33,000 bases of DNA, taken from NCBI GenBank assembly GCA_011109175.1, contig RDEW01000011.1:776061-809060 (forward strand). Reading direction: 5' to 3'. Shown piece by piece: positions 22,010 through 33,000 of this stretch. This DNA comes from Dicyema japonicum (lineage: Eukaryota > Animalia > Dicyemida). The notes beneath the pieces are model-generated. The model saw only the letters and a list, made by a program, of their open reading frames with translations, ran no database searches and was not told the DNA's origin. The position numbers and the translations under genes were made by a program. The number at the start of each line of letters is the position of its first letter. Within the stretch, counting starts at the first letter, position 1.

Positions 22010-25000
22010 CTAGAACGACAGATGGGCTGGTCTCATCATCAACTGAGGAACAACTTCATCAGTAAGTTGGGCCCAATCATCAGTACCAGAAAACTTATAC
22101 ATAACCCTAGTATCCGAGTCATTAAAGAGTCGGTTCATCTACAATCTACAAATCAACAAACCTGCACAGTAATTTCCTCCACTGTAGCTAATCTGCTATA
22201 CTCAGGATAGAACAGCTGCAGAGAACACACAGAAGATTTGTCTTTTGAAGACACTGAGGCAAACATAGACTGATATCCATTTGACATATCAATCTCTTTC
22301 GATATGGTTACCTCCACCATCATCCTCTCAGACTCTCCATAGAAACACATCTAAATGATCAACTAATGGCATACGTCGAAGGTCTGAGATATCAGTTTCT
22401 GGGAATCGGGGATAACACCAAAATACAGTGGCAGTCCAATTCTGTTTTGAATAAAGGATCGATATTCAGACAAAACAGAACACATTCGTTCATTAGGTGA
22501 GACAATACTGAGGGAGATGAGATCATTCGGCTTGAGATTACCCTCTTTCCTCAGCTTCTGCACCCTTGAAGCCACCTCTCTTGCCATTCCATAGTTCTTG
22601 CATACCTCACTGAGTGAACACTTCATGACCATACCAATCTATGGTAAACAAACAGCCTAACCGATCCCTCAAAAGCAATTGAGTACTCAGGGTTATTCCC
22701 CGAGCCAATTTGATAACTCACAATGACCTCATCCATCTCTACACGAACACCAGGTTTCACATCAATATATCCACTTTCACAGAACACATCAAACTCTGAA
22801 TCCTTCAGTTGGGATAAAATTTGGGCAATTTCAGAGAGCGAGCTCTTATATTTTGGTCCCAATTTTCTGTAGTCCGGCTTAATTACCCTCTTAATGTTCA
22901 TGGACTCAAGATCGCTAGTAAAACGGACTTCAAAACTGTTAACTTCCTATCCAGTCTACAAATAAGTCATACCTGATTAATGTAGTGCATAACAGGGGCC
23001 AACTCTTGTTCTAATCCTCCAACCTTATCTACCACGTACACCAACTCAACTGGATACTGACAATATACTCCCAAAACTTACCTTTAGTGGAACATTCATC
23101 CTCGTTCTGATTTGTCTGGAAAGATTTAGTATTGTGTCCATGTTAGAAATCACCATTTCAGTAGGCCTATCCATAAGTGAAGGACTAAAAATAATGAACA
23201 GATCTTTACATCGGTCGTGGCAGAAGGATAAAATGGACACTATCCACTGTCTCTCCAACCATGATCTCCCTTAGTTTCTGGTATATATATTCACTAAAGA
23301 ATGGAGAAAAGGCAGCAAAGGTTCGAATGGTCGTAATAATAACATAGAACAAAACAGTTATGGCGATTTTAGAGTCACTTCCACTTCCCTACAAATTATT
23401 GGATTAACTAACCTTTAGTCTGTTTCTGTTGAGTCGGATATAAACGTTGTTTAGAATCGTCACAAAACGGAGGAATTTGGGGACGACTTTATACAGTCGA
23501 TAAAAACTCATTTCTTCATGAACAGAATCAACGAGGGTCTGGGTCGCACTGATCACATAACGATCGAGGATATTCTCAAGGTTAAGTCCCATAATGACAT
23601 TTTCATAATTTTCAAAACTCAGTCCAATGGGATCAGTCTAATAATATAATTTTAAATTAGAAGTAAATAAAAATAAAATAATTTAAATAAAATAAGCTTA
23701 TGGCGGAAAATTGCGAAAAAGACATGTCCGTAGCTGAGACACGTCACCATTTCACCCACGTGGTACAAAGGGAGCTTAATTAACTTTATGATTTATGTGC
23801 ATGAAAATATACCTTGTTAAGTCTGATGTAATTGTCGTACATTATGGAGAACGAGTTATAAAATGGAATGAAAAACGCTCGGTGGAGTTCTTGCACGTGG
23901 GCTTCCTTGAACCGAAGATTCTCTCCGTGGACGACAGGTGAGTTTATGAGGTAACAGCGAAGAGCATCAGAACCATATTTATCAATAATCTCCATCGGAT
24001 CCGGATAGTTCTTTTTCCGTTTAGACATCTTTTGCCCATCTTCGGCCAGAATAAGTCCATTGCACACCAAATTCTTAAACGGGGCCTTTCCAAACAAAAT
24101 CGTAGACAGTACGATTAACGTATAAAACCATCCACGTGTCTGATCAATCCCTTCCGCGATAAAATCTGCAGGGAATCGTTTTAAAAACTCTGTTCTGTCC
24201 AAATCAAAGGGAAAATGTGATTGAGCAAATGGCATACTGCCTGACTCGAACCAGCAGTCAAAAACTTGACTCACTCGCCTTAAGGGGCCTTTCCCACATT
24301 TTGATGGAATCGTTATATCATCAATGTTCTCCCTGTGTAGGTCAGTTACTCGGACACCTGAGAGCTCATATAGCTCTTCAATCGATCCAACTACCACAGT
24401 CTTTGCTAAGTATTTACAGTAACCTCCTCTCCGTCTTCGCTAGTCCACATGGGGATCGGAGTCCCCCAATAGCGATCTCTCGATATAGCCCAGTCACGTG
24501 CATTGGCCAGCCAGTTGGCGAACCTCCCTTGTTTAGCAAACTCAGGCACCCTATAGTAATTAGTAAAGCTACCAATAAGTTTCCGTATTAGACTTCAGTA
24601 GCTGAGGTATCACAGACTCCACGTTTACAAATATTGTAGAAACACCTCTGTACATCAAGGGAGTGTCCGATCTATCATGAGGGACAATCAATACCTCCAA
24701 CAAAACGGGTAGTTGTGCTTCATTGTCCCACTATGAAAGAGATAACCGTTTTCCTTTAGCATTTTTATCACAGTTTTGTTGGCAGACTAAAATGAACCTA
24801 CTAATCACTTGAAAGTAAAGTCCACTCAATTCAGGAACCTCGTCCGTGAATATTCCCGAACCATCAATAGGGCAGGCCACGTGTTTATCAGAGATTACAC
24901 CATATCTTGTAGCGATTTTAAAGTCTTCCTACAAATTAGACATAATCTTACTTCGCCAAAAAACGGTGCTTGTTGTACTAACCCAGTTCCTGCGTCCGCA

Positions 25001-26029
25001 GTGACATATTTGTCAACAACAACCTTAAAAGCCCCACGTGATTCAAACTAAGAATTAAAAAATAGAAACATGTCTAAAGTACTCAAACGGTGGTTTATAA
25101 GGCATCCCCTCCAATTCCTTTCCGGGGAATCGTTCCAAAATCTCAAAACTTGAGGAATCACCGTTAAAAACAGATAGGGCACGTGCTTCCAATAGAATGT
25201 ACAATTTCCCTGAAGAGACATGTCTCACTTTGCAATACGTCATCTCAGGATGAGCGCACACAAGCAGCATTGAGATAACAGTCCATGGGGTAGTTGTCCA
25301 AATCAGGAGATTCTCTTCTTTTCCCAACAAAGGAATGCTAATTGTTACTACAAATAAATCCATGGTCTCACTAGAAGGGTCCACAACATCCTTATAGTTG
25401 AGGCCAGACTCAAAATTAGAGAGAGGTGTGTGACATGCAGTCGAAAATGGCATCACTCTCAGGCTCTTATAGATAAATCCTTTGTTGTAGAGTTCCTTAA
25501 AAACCCACCAAACAGACTCCATAAACCACGGATACATAGTCTTATAGTCATTTTCAAAGTCAATCCAACGACCCAGTCTTCGTACTACAGTCTATGGTCA
25601 ATAATACAAGTACCTCCCAATCTGATGCATAACGCATAACAATCTTCCTACACATTCATCATTATAAGCCTTAATTCCCATGGCTTCAACATCAGCTGCA
25701 GACTTGATTCCCAGTTGTTTGTCAATCTCGTACTCCACTGGTAAACCATGACAATCCCATCCGAATTTTCGTTCAATGTTATGCCCAAGCAAATGAGCCC
25801 AGCGTGTGACTGTGTCTTTAATGGTTCCCGCAAGAATGTGCCCGTAATGTGGTAATCCTGTGGCAAATGGAGGTCCATCATAAAATGTGTATCTAGTTAA
25901 TACCTACATCTAATACCTTGGCATATCCTGGTGAAGTTCATTTGACTTATGAAATGCGTTAATTTTATCCCAATATTCGAGTATATTCTCTTCTGATTTG
26001 GAAAAATTAAAAACTTGACTGTTTGACAT
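22010..26029 (-). CDS. IARS1: Cytosolic isoleucyl-tRNA synthetase; 17 predicted introns and one apparent frameshift
   Basis: [15 protein letters not shown] (HIGH), [78 protein letters not shown]. Sixteen GT-AG introns of 22-26 nt plus one of 175 nt (23638-23812); 2 extra nt at ~25650-25654. Confidence 0.97.
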
Positions 26030-27488
26030 TACACGTGAGACAATAAGAATTATATGCTATGATGAAATCAAAAATTTATTCATAATTTAAAAAAATAAAT
26101 TAATTTGTATTAAATTAATTTTATTATTAAAATTTATAATTCGCGACCGTTTTTCGTCTAATTAGGTGATACATATTATCATACTATTTATACAGACATT
26201 ATTATACAGACATAGGGTGTTTATGGATTTTTCCCATATGATGTGAACGCCATCACAACATTGGTGACCCACGTGATGTTATTCTTTTTCGAACCCCCTT
26301 GATCTGAATCAACATATTTTATCATCAGCTAATCGCTCCGACCATGAATACACTTGCTCGAATGGAGCTTTGCTCTTTCCAACATGAAAATTTAACTTAT
26401 CAACTCCTGTGGAAAATTATGTGTCTTCTCCATCACATGAAAGAGGATCGATTGCCACTTTCCTGTGTTTCTGCAAAAAACCAGAAAACTCACTTTGAGG
26501 AAAATTTATCCATGCAGATGAATCCCGATCGATTTCCCTTACAAAAATTCGAGGAAACACTTCCGGAAAACGGTGAGAATGCGGGAATCACTAGAAGTTG
26601 GGATCACTTATTTTGCTGGCTTTGTCATCTTTCTTGGTGATCTTGGGGTTTCTCAAATAACTTCAAATAAGAAAGTACCGCGCTTTATTGGATTAATTAA
26701 TTTTTCTTAACAGATGGTTTCTGGATCACATGGGTCAGATTGCATGGATGTGAATGCCGAAATAACAAGAATAACTTAAATCGAGCCCTCATCGAGTGAT
26801 ACATCACCATTCTAGTGTGCATGCTTCAAGAACTCAATTCTCAAAGACTGCAAGCTCTATTTTTAAACGAAAGGGGTTTAATCGTGTTTGCAATCGATTT
26901 TGTTTGTCTGTAATTGATTTTTTTTATCTTTTGGTGGACCCAAATGAGGTGAAAGTGAGATTTTAATATCGAAGCAAGGTTGGGGATTCCAGACAAGACT
27001 ATTCCCATGTGGGTAGGTCCTCAAGTTAAAAGAGGTCGAAAATTATTATTTTCTAAAAAAGCGTTAAAATGAGACTTTGGGAATTAATTCTGAATTCAGC
27101 ACCACGTGGGGAAATCTCCAGGTCAAACAATTTAAGGACTAGCTACCAAAATGATGTGGTGGTATTTGATTAGTTGTTAAGTTATCAATACCCCCACTTA
27201 ATTAACATGGAAGTCAAAGGAGAAGACGATTCATTCAAAGATTCCTTTATTTTCCAATGAGATGCTCTTCAAGTTCAAAAAACTACAGCCCCCGGTAAGA
27301 CAGTTCTGGAGATTGTTTTCTGATAGGCAATATGTAGGGACCTCCAGAGCTGGTTTTCAATTTGTACGCTTGATAATTGGTTGGGGGTAAAGCGACCTTT
27401 GCTGCTAATAACTACTAATTCTCTCGTTCCTTTTCAAGGAGGACTATTCAATTTTTTGAAAAAATTCTAATTTTACTAAAAAAATTCC

Positions 27489-29027
27489 ATTGCTCGCCAA
27501 ATTCTCTTACTCGCCACGTTTTAGTATTAAAACAATAAAATTTATTATTTAAAAAAATAATTTTTTATGCCGCGTGTCTTTTTTCGTAACACGAGGAAGT
27601 TTTTTAGATTATCTTATGATCGAAAAAAGAAATCATAAATTATCTTATTGATAACTCTTCTCAAGTTTAAGGCGTGTCTCAAAATTTTTTTCAACGCGTT
27701 TCAAAAAATCAATTTCGAGACGTGCAATAAACGATCCTAAATTGAATAAAGAGAAGATTCTTGAAATTAATCCAATTTATGGGACAAGTTATCGTTTTTC
27801 GAAACTCAGATATTCATCAATTGGAGAAATCATTAACTGAATGGATTACATGGAATCAATTGGAGTTTGCCTCAATGATGAATAAAGCAACTGAATTTGC
27901 TGCATTAAATGGACTCTGAATTCAAATCCAGTAAAGGATGGCTGGAAAAGTTTAAAAAAACACAATGTAAAATTACGAATTTTTCATGGTGAATTGGGAT
28001 ATCTGCGGATGAGTTAGAAATTGAAGACTTTAAAAAAATTATCTCCTCAAAAATAAATGAATATGGTGCCGAAAATGTTTATAATGCTGACGAAACCGGT
28101 GTGTATTACAAGACTATTCCTTCAAAAAGTGTATGCAGGAGACGCAGATCAGGACAGAAAATACTTAAAGATCGGTTTAAATATTTTTTAGCTAATCTTC
28201 AGATTTTCATTAATGTTTTGCGCAAATATGACTGGATCTGAAAAAACCCCATTGATGATCGGAAAGTATAAGAAACCAAGGTGTTTCAAAAACATGAACG
28301 TTGATAGATATTTACAATACCACAATTCTTCAAAGGCTTGGATGAACATGCAAAAAATTAACGCTAAAGGATGGAGTCTTATTTTCTCATCTTGCCTGGA
28401 AAAATGTGTCAGTGGATACAACATCAAAATGTTTTCACCACGCCAAATGGAAAAAAGCATTGAAGAACTTACCAAGAGAGACCAAAAAATAAAGAATTTT
28501 GAAAAAATTATTGATAAATTAATGATCTCGGATCCCTTTCAAGAAGAGGAGTTCGTAGACTTTACGTACTCTGAAAATGACGAACTTCTTGAATTTCTTC
28601 AAATCAATAAAAATGGCGATATTTCGGTCTAAGCAATTTAGACATAACAAATAGTGAAGATTGTGAAAAGAAAAATGTATTACACATAAAGAAGCGATAA
28701 AGTGTTTTGGAACTCAAAGAAAATTTTTCCCATGATGAAAATTTTGATTTAAATATGCTTGAAAGTTTAATAAATATTCAAAAAATATAAAAAATCGATC
28801 ATGCAAAAAAAACACTAAACGATTACTTTAATTAGAATCTTGGTTTGTCCTATAAAATTTCAAAAATTTATTTAAATGTTTATAGTCACTCAAATAGATT
28901 GTAAAAAATTGTACAAAAAAATTTTTAATAGAAGATACGATATCGATTATTTCTATTACTCGCCAAATTCTCTTAGTCGCCAATTTTTGTTTGGTCCCAA
29001 AAATGGCGAGCAATAGAGGGTAAACTG
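27489..29027 (+). mobile_element. Decayed pogo/Tigger (CENP-B HTH + DDE_1) transposon
   Basis: SKGWLEKFKK, YNADETGVYYK, NMTGSEK..IGKYKKPRCFK. Right TIR ...GGCGAGCAATAGAGGGTAAACTG followed by TA; left TIR truncated (ATTGCTCGCCA). Confidence 0.85.
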
Positions 29028-29029
29028 TA

Positions 29030-30014
29030 TAATCATACATTTGTGATAGTAATCCATTATTGCATCCATGATCACTTGCACAATCAACCATGTTTTGTTC
29101 ACTCATAGATATAAGAATTTTTGCGTCTAATTGCTAAGTGTGACTCCATAGTAGTTAATTAAATGCACTAAACCAGCCGCGTGCGTAGTGGTTAGGTGTC
29201 GGGCTAAAGTGACTTAGGTTACGGGTTCGTTTGCTGCTGTTACCTGGTGGAAGTCCACGCATCTACAATGCTGAAAGGGTTTGACGAGTGACGCCGTCAT
29301 CAGTGATACTCACTGCGGAACTGGATTGTCTAGAAAGGACCCACACACAAGAAAAAAAAGTGAAGATCATTCCTTGGTTCTACGATTAGTTAAAATTAAC
29401 TGTTTTTACTTAAATAAAGTGTGTGTCCTGCCTATGCGGAGCTATAAATAGGCTCTCGTGAAAAGGCTTAAAAACATTCGTTAACTGCACCAAATGCATA
29501 GCAAAACAGACAAGACATTCCTTGATTTTTAATAGTAGTAACAAAGTTTCGTTTTACCCAACTAAAAGATCTTGGATATCCTGTTTTACATGCAAAGTAT
29601 AATCATCAAGTAATTCTTTTGTGAATGTATTATTAGAATAAGTATTAAACGTAAATTTGTCAGGTTTGCTAAATTCTCTTCTTGTCTACAAAAAATATAT
29701 AGTAACTAAACCAAGTCAGCAAACTGATTAATTCCCAATTCATACAAATATTTTTCTTGATTAAAAAATAGATTGTGGTTGTCAATCAATTTTAAGTTTT
29801 CAGTAAAAATAGCCTTTCTGACTTGGAGTTCTAAACCAGAATATGATTTATCTGTAAAAACGTAAAAATATATTGAATAATATTTTTCTATGAAATTATT
29901 CCAATGGATTTCATAATATTCATCGTCTAAGTGAATACTTGATTCGTAACTGAAGTGAATTTTAGATGAAATAAAGTAATTAAAAAATAAAACGGGGAAA
30001 ATTGGGCCGATCAT
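29030..30014 (-). pseudogene. Cathepsin L-like papain (C1A) cysteine protease pseudogene
   Basis: Signal-like N-terminus; I29 propeptide (WNNFIEKY, RKAIFTENLKLIDNHN, LGINQFADL); mature YPRSFSW..VTTIKNQG..CYAF and SMSEQNMVDC..HGCNNG. It has a 26-nt intron, frameshifts and a SINE insertion, and is cut off by the pogo end. Confidence 0.87.
29173..29479 (+). mobile_element. tRNA-derived SINE, full length (~305 bp)
   Basis: Head GCCGCGTGCGTAGTGGTTAGG...GGGTTCG; same body and tail as 12617; decayed 15-bp TSD ATTAAATGCACTAAA (29158-29172) / GTTAACTGCACCAAA (29480-29494). Confidence 0.87.
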
Positions 30015-30109
30015 TTTAATTAATTCAGTTTATTTTTTATTAAAATATTTTTAAATATTAATATTATTTATTTTCATAAAAAGTTTATAATACAATCCCA
30101 ATAAAAATT

Positions 30110-30345
30110 ACTAAATTTAAATTAATAAACGCTTCCTTCGAGGGCCGTCAGATTGGAACTTCTCGTTTACAATGTGGAAATCACTGTCCGGCCAGTACAC
30201 TCGAAAGGTGATTTGTCCATTCATTATGTGAACATGAAGGACAAAGTGGTGACTTTGCCTCCCCAATTTTGTATAGGTAGGCATTGAGACCCACGTGATT
30301 ATCAAGCGTATCTCAATAGCAACCTGGCTATTCAAATCTCCATAT
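30110..30345 (-). mobile_element. 3' end of a non-RTE LINE with a C-terminal zinc knuckle
   Basis: Alternative frame NHVGLNAYLYKIGEAKSPLCPSCSHNE..NHL resembles the GHxxLNxYL..IG..SPxC.C...H end of I/Jockey-group ORF2; AT-rich tail follows. Confidence 0.55.
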
Positions 30346-30397
30346 TAAAATTAATTTTGTAGTTTTTATCAATAAATATTAAAAAACTAAATTATTA

Positions 30398-32268
30398 CAG
30401 GGTTTTCCTATTTATTAATAACTTATAAATAAATATGAAGCAGGGTTGGCTTATTCAAAAATAAGCGAAGAGATCTGTATTAACTACCAGACAGTTGTTT
30501 TATCGTCAAAAATACAAAAATACAGGAAGTTTTGCCTCAACAAGACATAATTGTAGACGAAAAAACTTAATTCATCGGACATCTTATTTTTGACTAAGAA
30601 TTGAAGATGTTTCATTTACGCTGAAGAAATTACAAAATTCTTTATTTGATGTGCAAATGTCTCTCTATCGACAATAAATAGGACGCTAGAGACATTTGGA
30701 TATAGTTTTAAAATGGAAGTCAATTGTTCGATGAGATCCAAATTTGGAAGATCTATAAAAGGAGTTACTCAGAAAAAAATGTATTAGAAACACAAGAGAC
30801 AACAATTTCTCTATTCGTGCTGCTACTTCAGTGGAGTTGTTACAACGTGTTGTTGTGTTGTTTATACATTCTCTGAAACTTATTCCAATATAAGAGCTGT
30901 TGATGAGGAAAGACCTGGCAACCTACCCTGTATTTAAAAGACGGCCTTTTACATTACGAAATCAATTCCTCTCCTTATCGCGCGGAGACGTTCATTGATT
31001 TTGTATTACAGCTTAATTATAAGCTTGAACATGAGAGGAAAAAATATGGTTATATGCTATATATAAGGCATGGCATTGATATGTGACAATGCATCAATTC
31101 ACAAGAGCGAGCAATTAAAAATGTTGTATTCGGAACTGGTATCCAATTGATTTTTGACGTGTATGGGGTATTGTATTTTTTGCCTCCATCTTCAACTTAG
31201 TCCAATTGAAGAGTTTTTTTCCGTTTGGAAAAATAGAATCAAAAAGAAAAATTGTAGGAACTCTGAGGAATTAATAAACGCAATCCAAAACATCCAAGAT
31301 ATCCAAAAGTCTCCCTCTGTGTATAGAGTCAAAAGCTTTGGACATGTCCATGCCAAGGATGCCAATAGCCCCTTGTACTTTTGATGTGTTGCACAAAGCC
31401 ATCGATGTCCCCAGACCACATCAGCTGTAGATCTCCCTGACCTGAATCCGCTTTGACCGTGAGAGAGAAAGTTCTCGATGTCAGATCCAATCCTGTTCAG
31501 CACTATAAGTGATAGTGTCTTGCGTAGAGTCGTCAATATTACGATGGGTCTTAAATTCGTTAAGGGGCCTTTAGCTTTGCCCGGTTTTTGTAGTGCAATT
31601 AGTGTGCCATTACCCACATCCAGTGGTTAGTTGTATTTGAATGTTTTGTTATATATCTCAGTTAATAGTTCAGAGATCTCGGTCGGTGAATATTTGAGTA
31701 GTTCTGTATTTATGTTGTCAGGGCCAGCAGCTCTATTGTTGTTCAGTTTGTCCAGGGCTTTTTTTGTTTCCAGAATCGTTATCGGAATATTTAGTTCTCG
31801 TGCTTCATCATCTGCCCAGAAGTGAATACCTCGTTCCGTGGAAAACCTCGCATAACTTTGCCAGAGGTTCTACACAAGGACCTGACCAATGTAGGACGAA
31901 AGCTGAAAACAGGAGATGATCTGGATACGCTCAGAATAACTGCCTGTAACCGCGGAGCATGAAGGAAGTTAGTTAAGAGAATTGTGGAAGAAAGAATAAC
32001 CTGAAGAAAAATACGGCACAAGCGGAACCTTAATTAAATAAATTACATTTTTGGTTTTTCGAAAGTGCTATTAATAATAATAATAATCCAAAATATCGGA
32101 GAAATTCCATCAGATGTGTGCAATAAATTGTAGAGCCACATGCGGAGCTATTTAGTTAAAGCATTGGCTAATGAGGAAATTTAATTTACAGTTTTTTTTA
32201 ATTAATTATAAAATTGGTTTTTTTAATTTGATATTTGACAAAGTTATTAAATAAATAGGAAAACCATG
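30398..32268 (+). mobile_element. Decayed Tc1/IS630-type (DDE_3) transposon
   Basis: TIRs CAGGGTTTTCCTATTTATTAATAAC / GTTATTAAATAAATAGGAAAACCATG with TA TSDs; SLSTINRTL, ICDNASIHK, LSPIEEFFSVWK; the ORF resumes after the nested RTE (IGEIPSDVC..HMRSYL). Confidence 0.87.
31295..32084. mobile_element. RTE insertion with an inverted 5' segment
   Basis: Minus-strand RT piece 31295-~31825 (NNRAAGPD, LRPIVILTTLRK, QSGFRSGRSTAD) joined to a plus-strand 3' end ~31826-32084 (FRGKPRITLP, (TAA)n); TSD AATCCAAAA(C/T)ATC at 31282-31294 and 32085-32097. Confidence 0.85.
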
Positions 32269-32279
32269 TATTAATGGCT

Positions 32280-33000
32280 TTGTTGTGAACTCAGTTGATC
32301 TGGTGACGTGGCTCTGCTACACATGTCTAGATAACTCATTACACAATCGAGAACTCAGACTAATGACGTTTTATGTACGTGGAATATCGAAAGATTCGAC
32401 AAAGAAAGTACTTTGTGACGATTTTGAGAAATACAAAATATCTATTGGCTGCCTACAAGACGTGATGAAACATGGATCAACTACCGACTGATTATTTCCC
32501 CGACTAAATGCAAGCACTACGGATGGGATTTGCCTTACACGTGGATTACCTCAAAAACTACATCGCTATTGGAGAGTCAACGACCAAATATGTGTCCTAC
32601 ATGTCAAACTACATGATTTATTCCCGTCCAAGAGTCTATTAACTATCATAAATGTCTATGTACCACAATGCGGGCGAGTAGTCGAGAACCCTGGTGAGCT
32701 CTAGGAATTCTACTCAGAACTATCAAGCACATACTTTAATAACTCGTCTCTTGTCTTGTTTGTGGGAGATATGAATGCAAAAACCGGAATGCGAATGGGG
32801 CCCGAAGAATCCTTTATTGGAAGACACGGGCGCGGAAGGAGAAATGCATCTGGAGCCTCTCTTGTGAACAAATTGCCTTTTCCTGTGCACACGGCATTCA
32901 CGCACTCAGCGCGCCATAAGTCAAGGTGGCACGGATTAAGGAAAAACTCTGCTGGAAAGACCGTGAATACATAACCAAATCGACTCTGCCGAAAGTCTAA
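32280..33000 (+). mobile_element. RTE 5' end / APE domain (runs off the window)
   Basis: Close paralog of 16086-16830 (RLMTFYVRGISKD, FVGDMNAKTG, IGRHGRGRRNASG); frameshifted. Confidence 0.85.

Noticed and set aside
24020-24034. KMSKR instead of KMSKS as an inactivating change
   Set aside because: KMSKR is the usual form in eukaryotic cytosolic IleRS.
26150-27480. Possible gene divergent from IARS1 (ORF 26344-26640)
   Set aside because: No recognisable domain and no consistent micro-intron model on either strand.
27000-27488. Continuation of the cathepsin beyond the pogo
   Set aside because: No catalytic His or NSWG motif in any minus-strand frame that I could read.
30117-30335. 72-aa ORF as a host gene
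   Set aside because: It starts at TTG, and another frame of the same strand carries a LINE zinc-knuckle motif.

Overview
Eukaryotic, AT-rich genomic DNA in the standard genetic code. Three apparently functional minus-strand genes (MEPCE/Bin3 methyltransferase, a NEMP-family nuclear envelope protein, cytosolic isoleucyl-tRNA synthetase) are split by GT-AG micro-introns of mostly 22-26 nt. This points to a compacted animal-parasite-type genome such as a myxozoan or dicyemid (inference only). Two intron-containing pseudogenes (RPL14, cathepsin L-like) lie in a dense field of decayed, nested transposons: RTE LINEs, CRE/RLE-type retroelement 3' ends, a tRNA-headed SINE sharing its tail with the RTE, and hAT, pogo/Tigger, Tc1 and MULE DNA transposons. 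Many target-site duplications (TSDs) are still readable. I see no prokaryotic defence, CRISPR or operon-like system. The best leads are a probably uncatalogued SINE/RTE pair, a hAT element holding three CRE 3' ends, a 5'-inverted RTE insertion, one frameshift at a dinucleotide run in each conserved gene (most likely assembly error), and a structured insert in the only long IleRS intron. All family assignments come from motif recognition by eye; no database searches were run.
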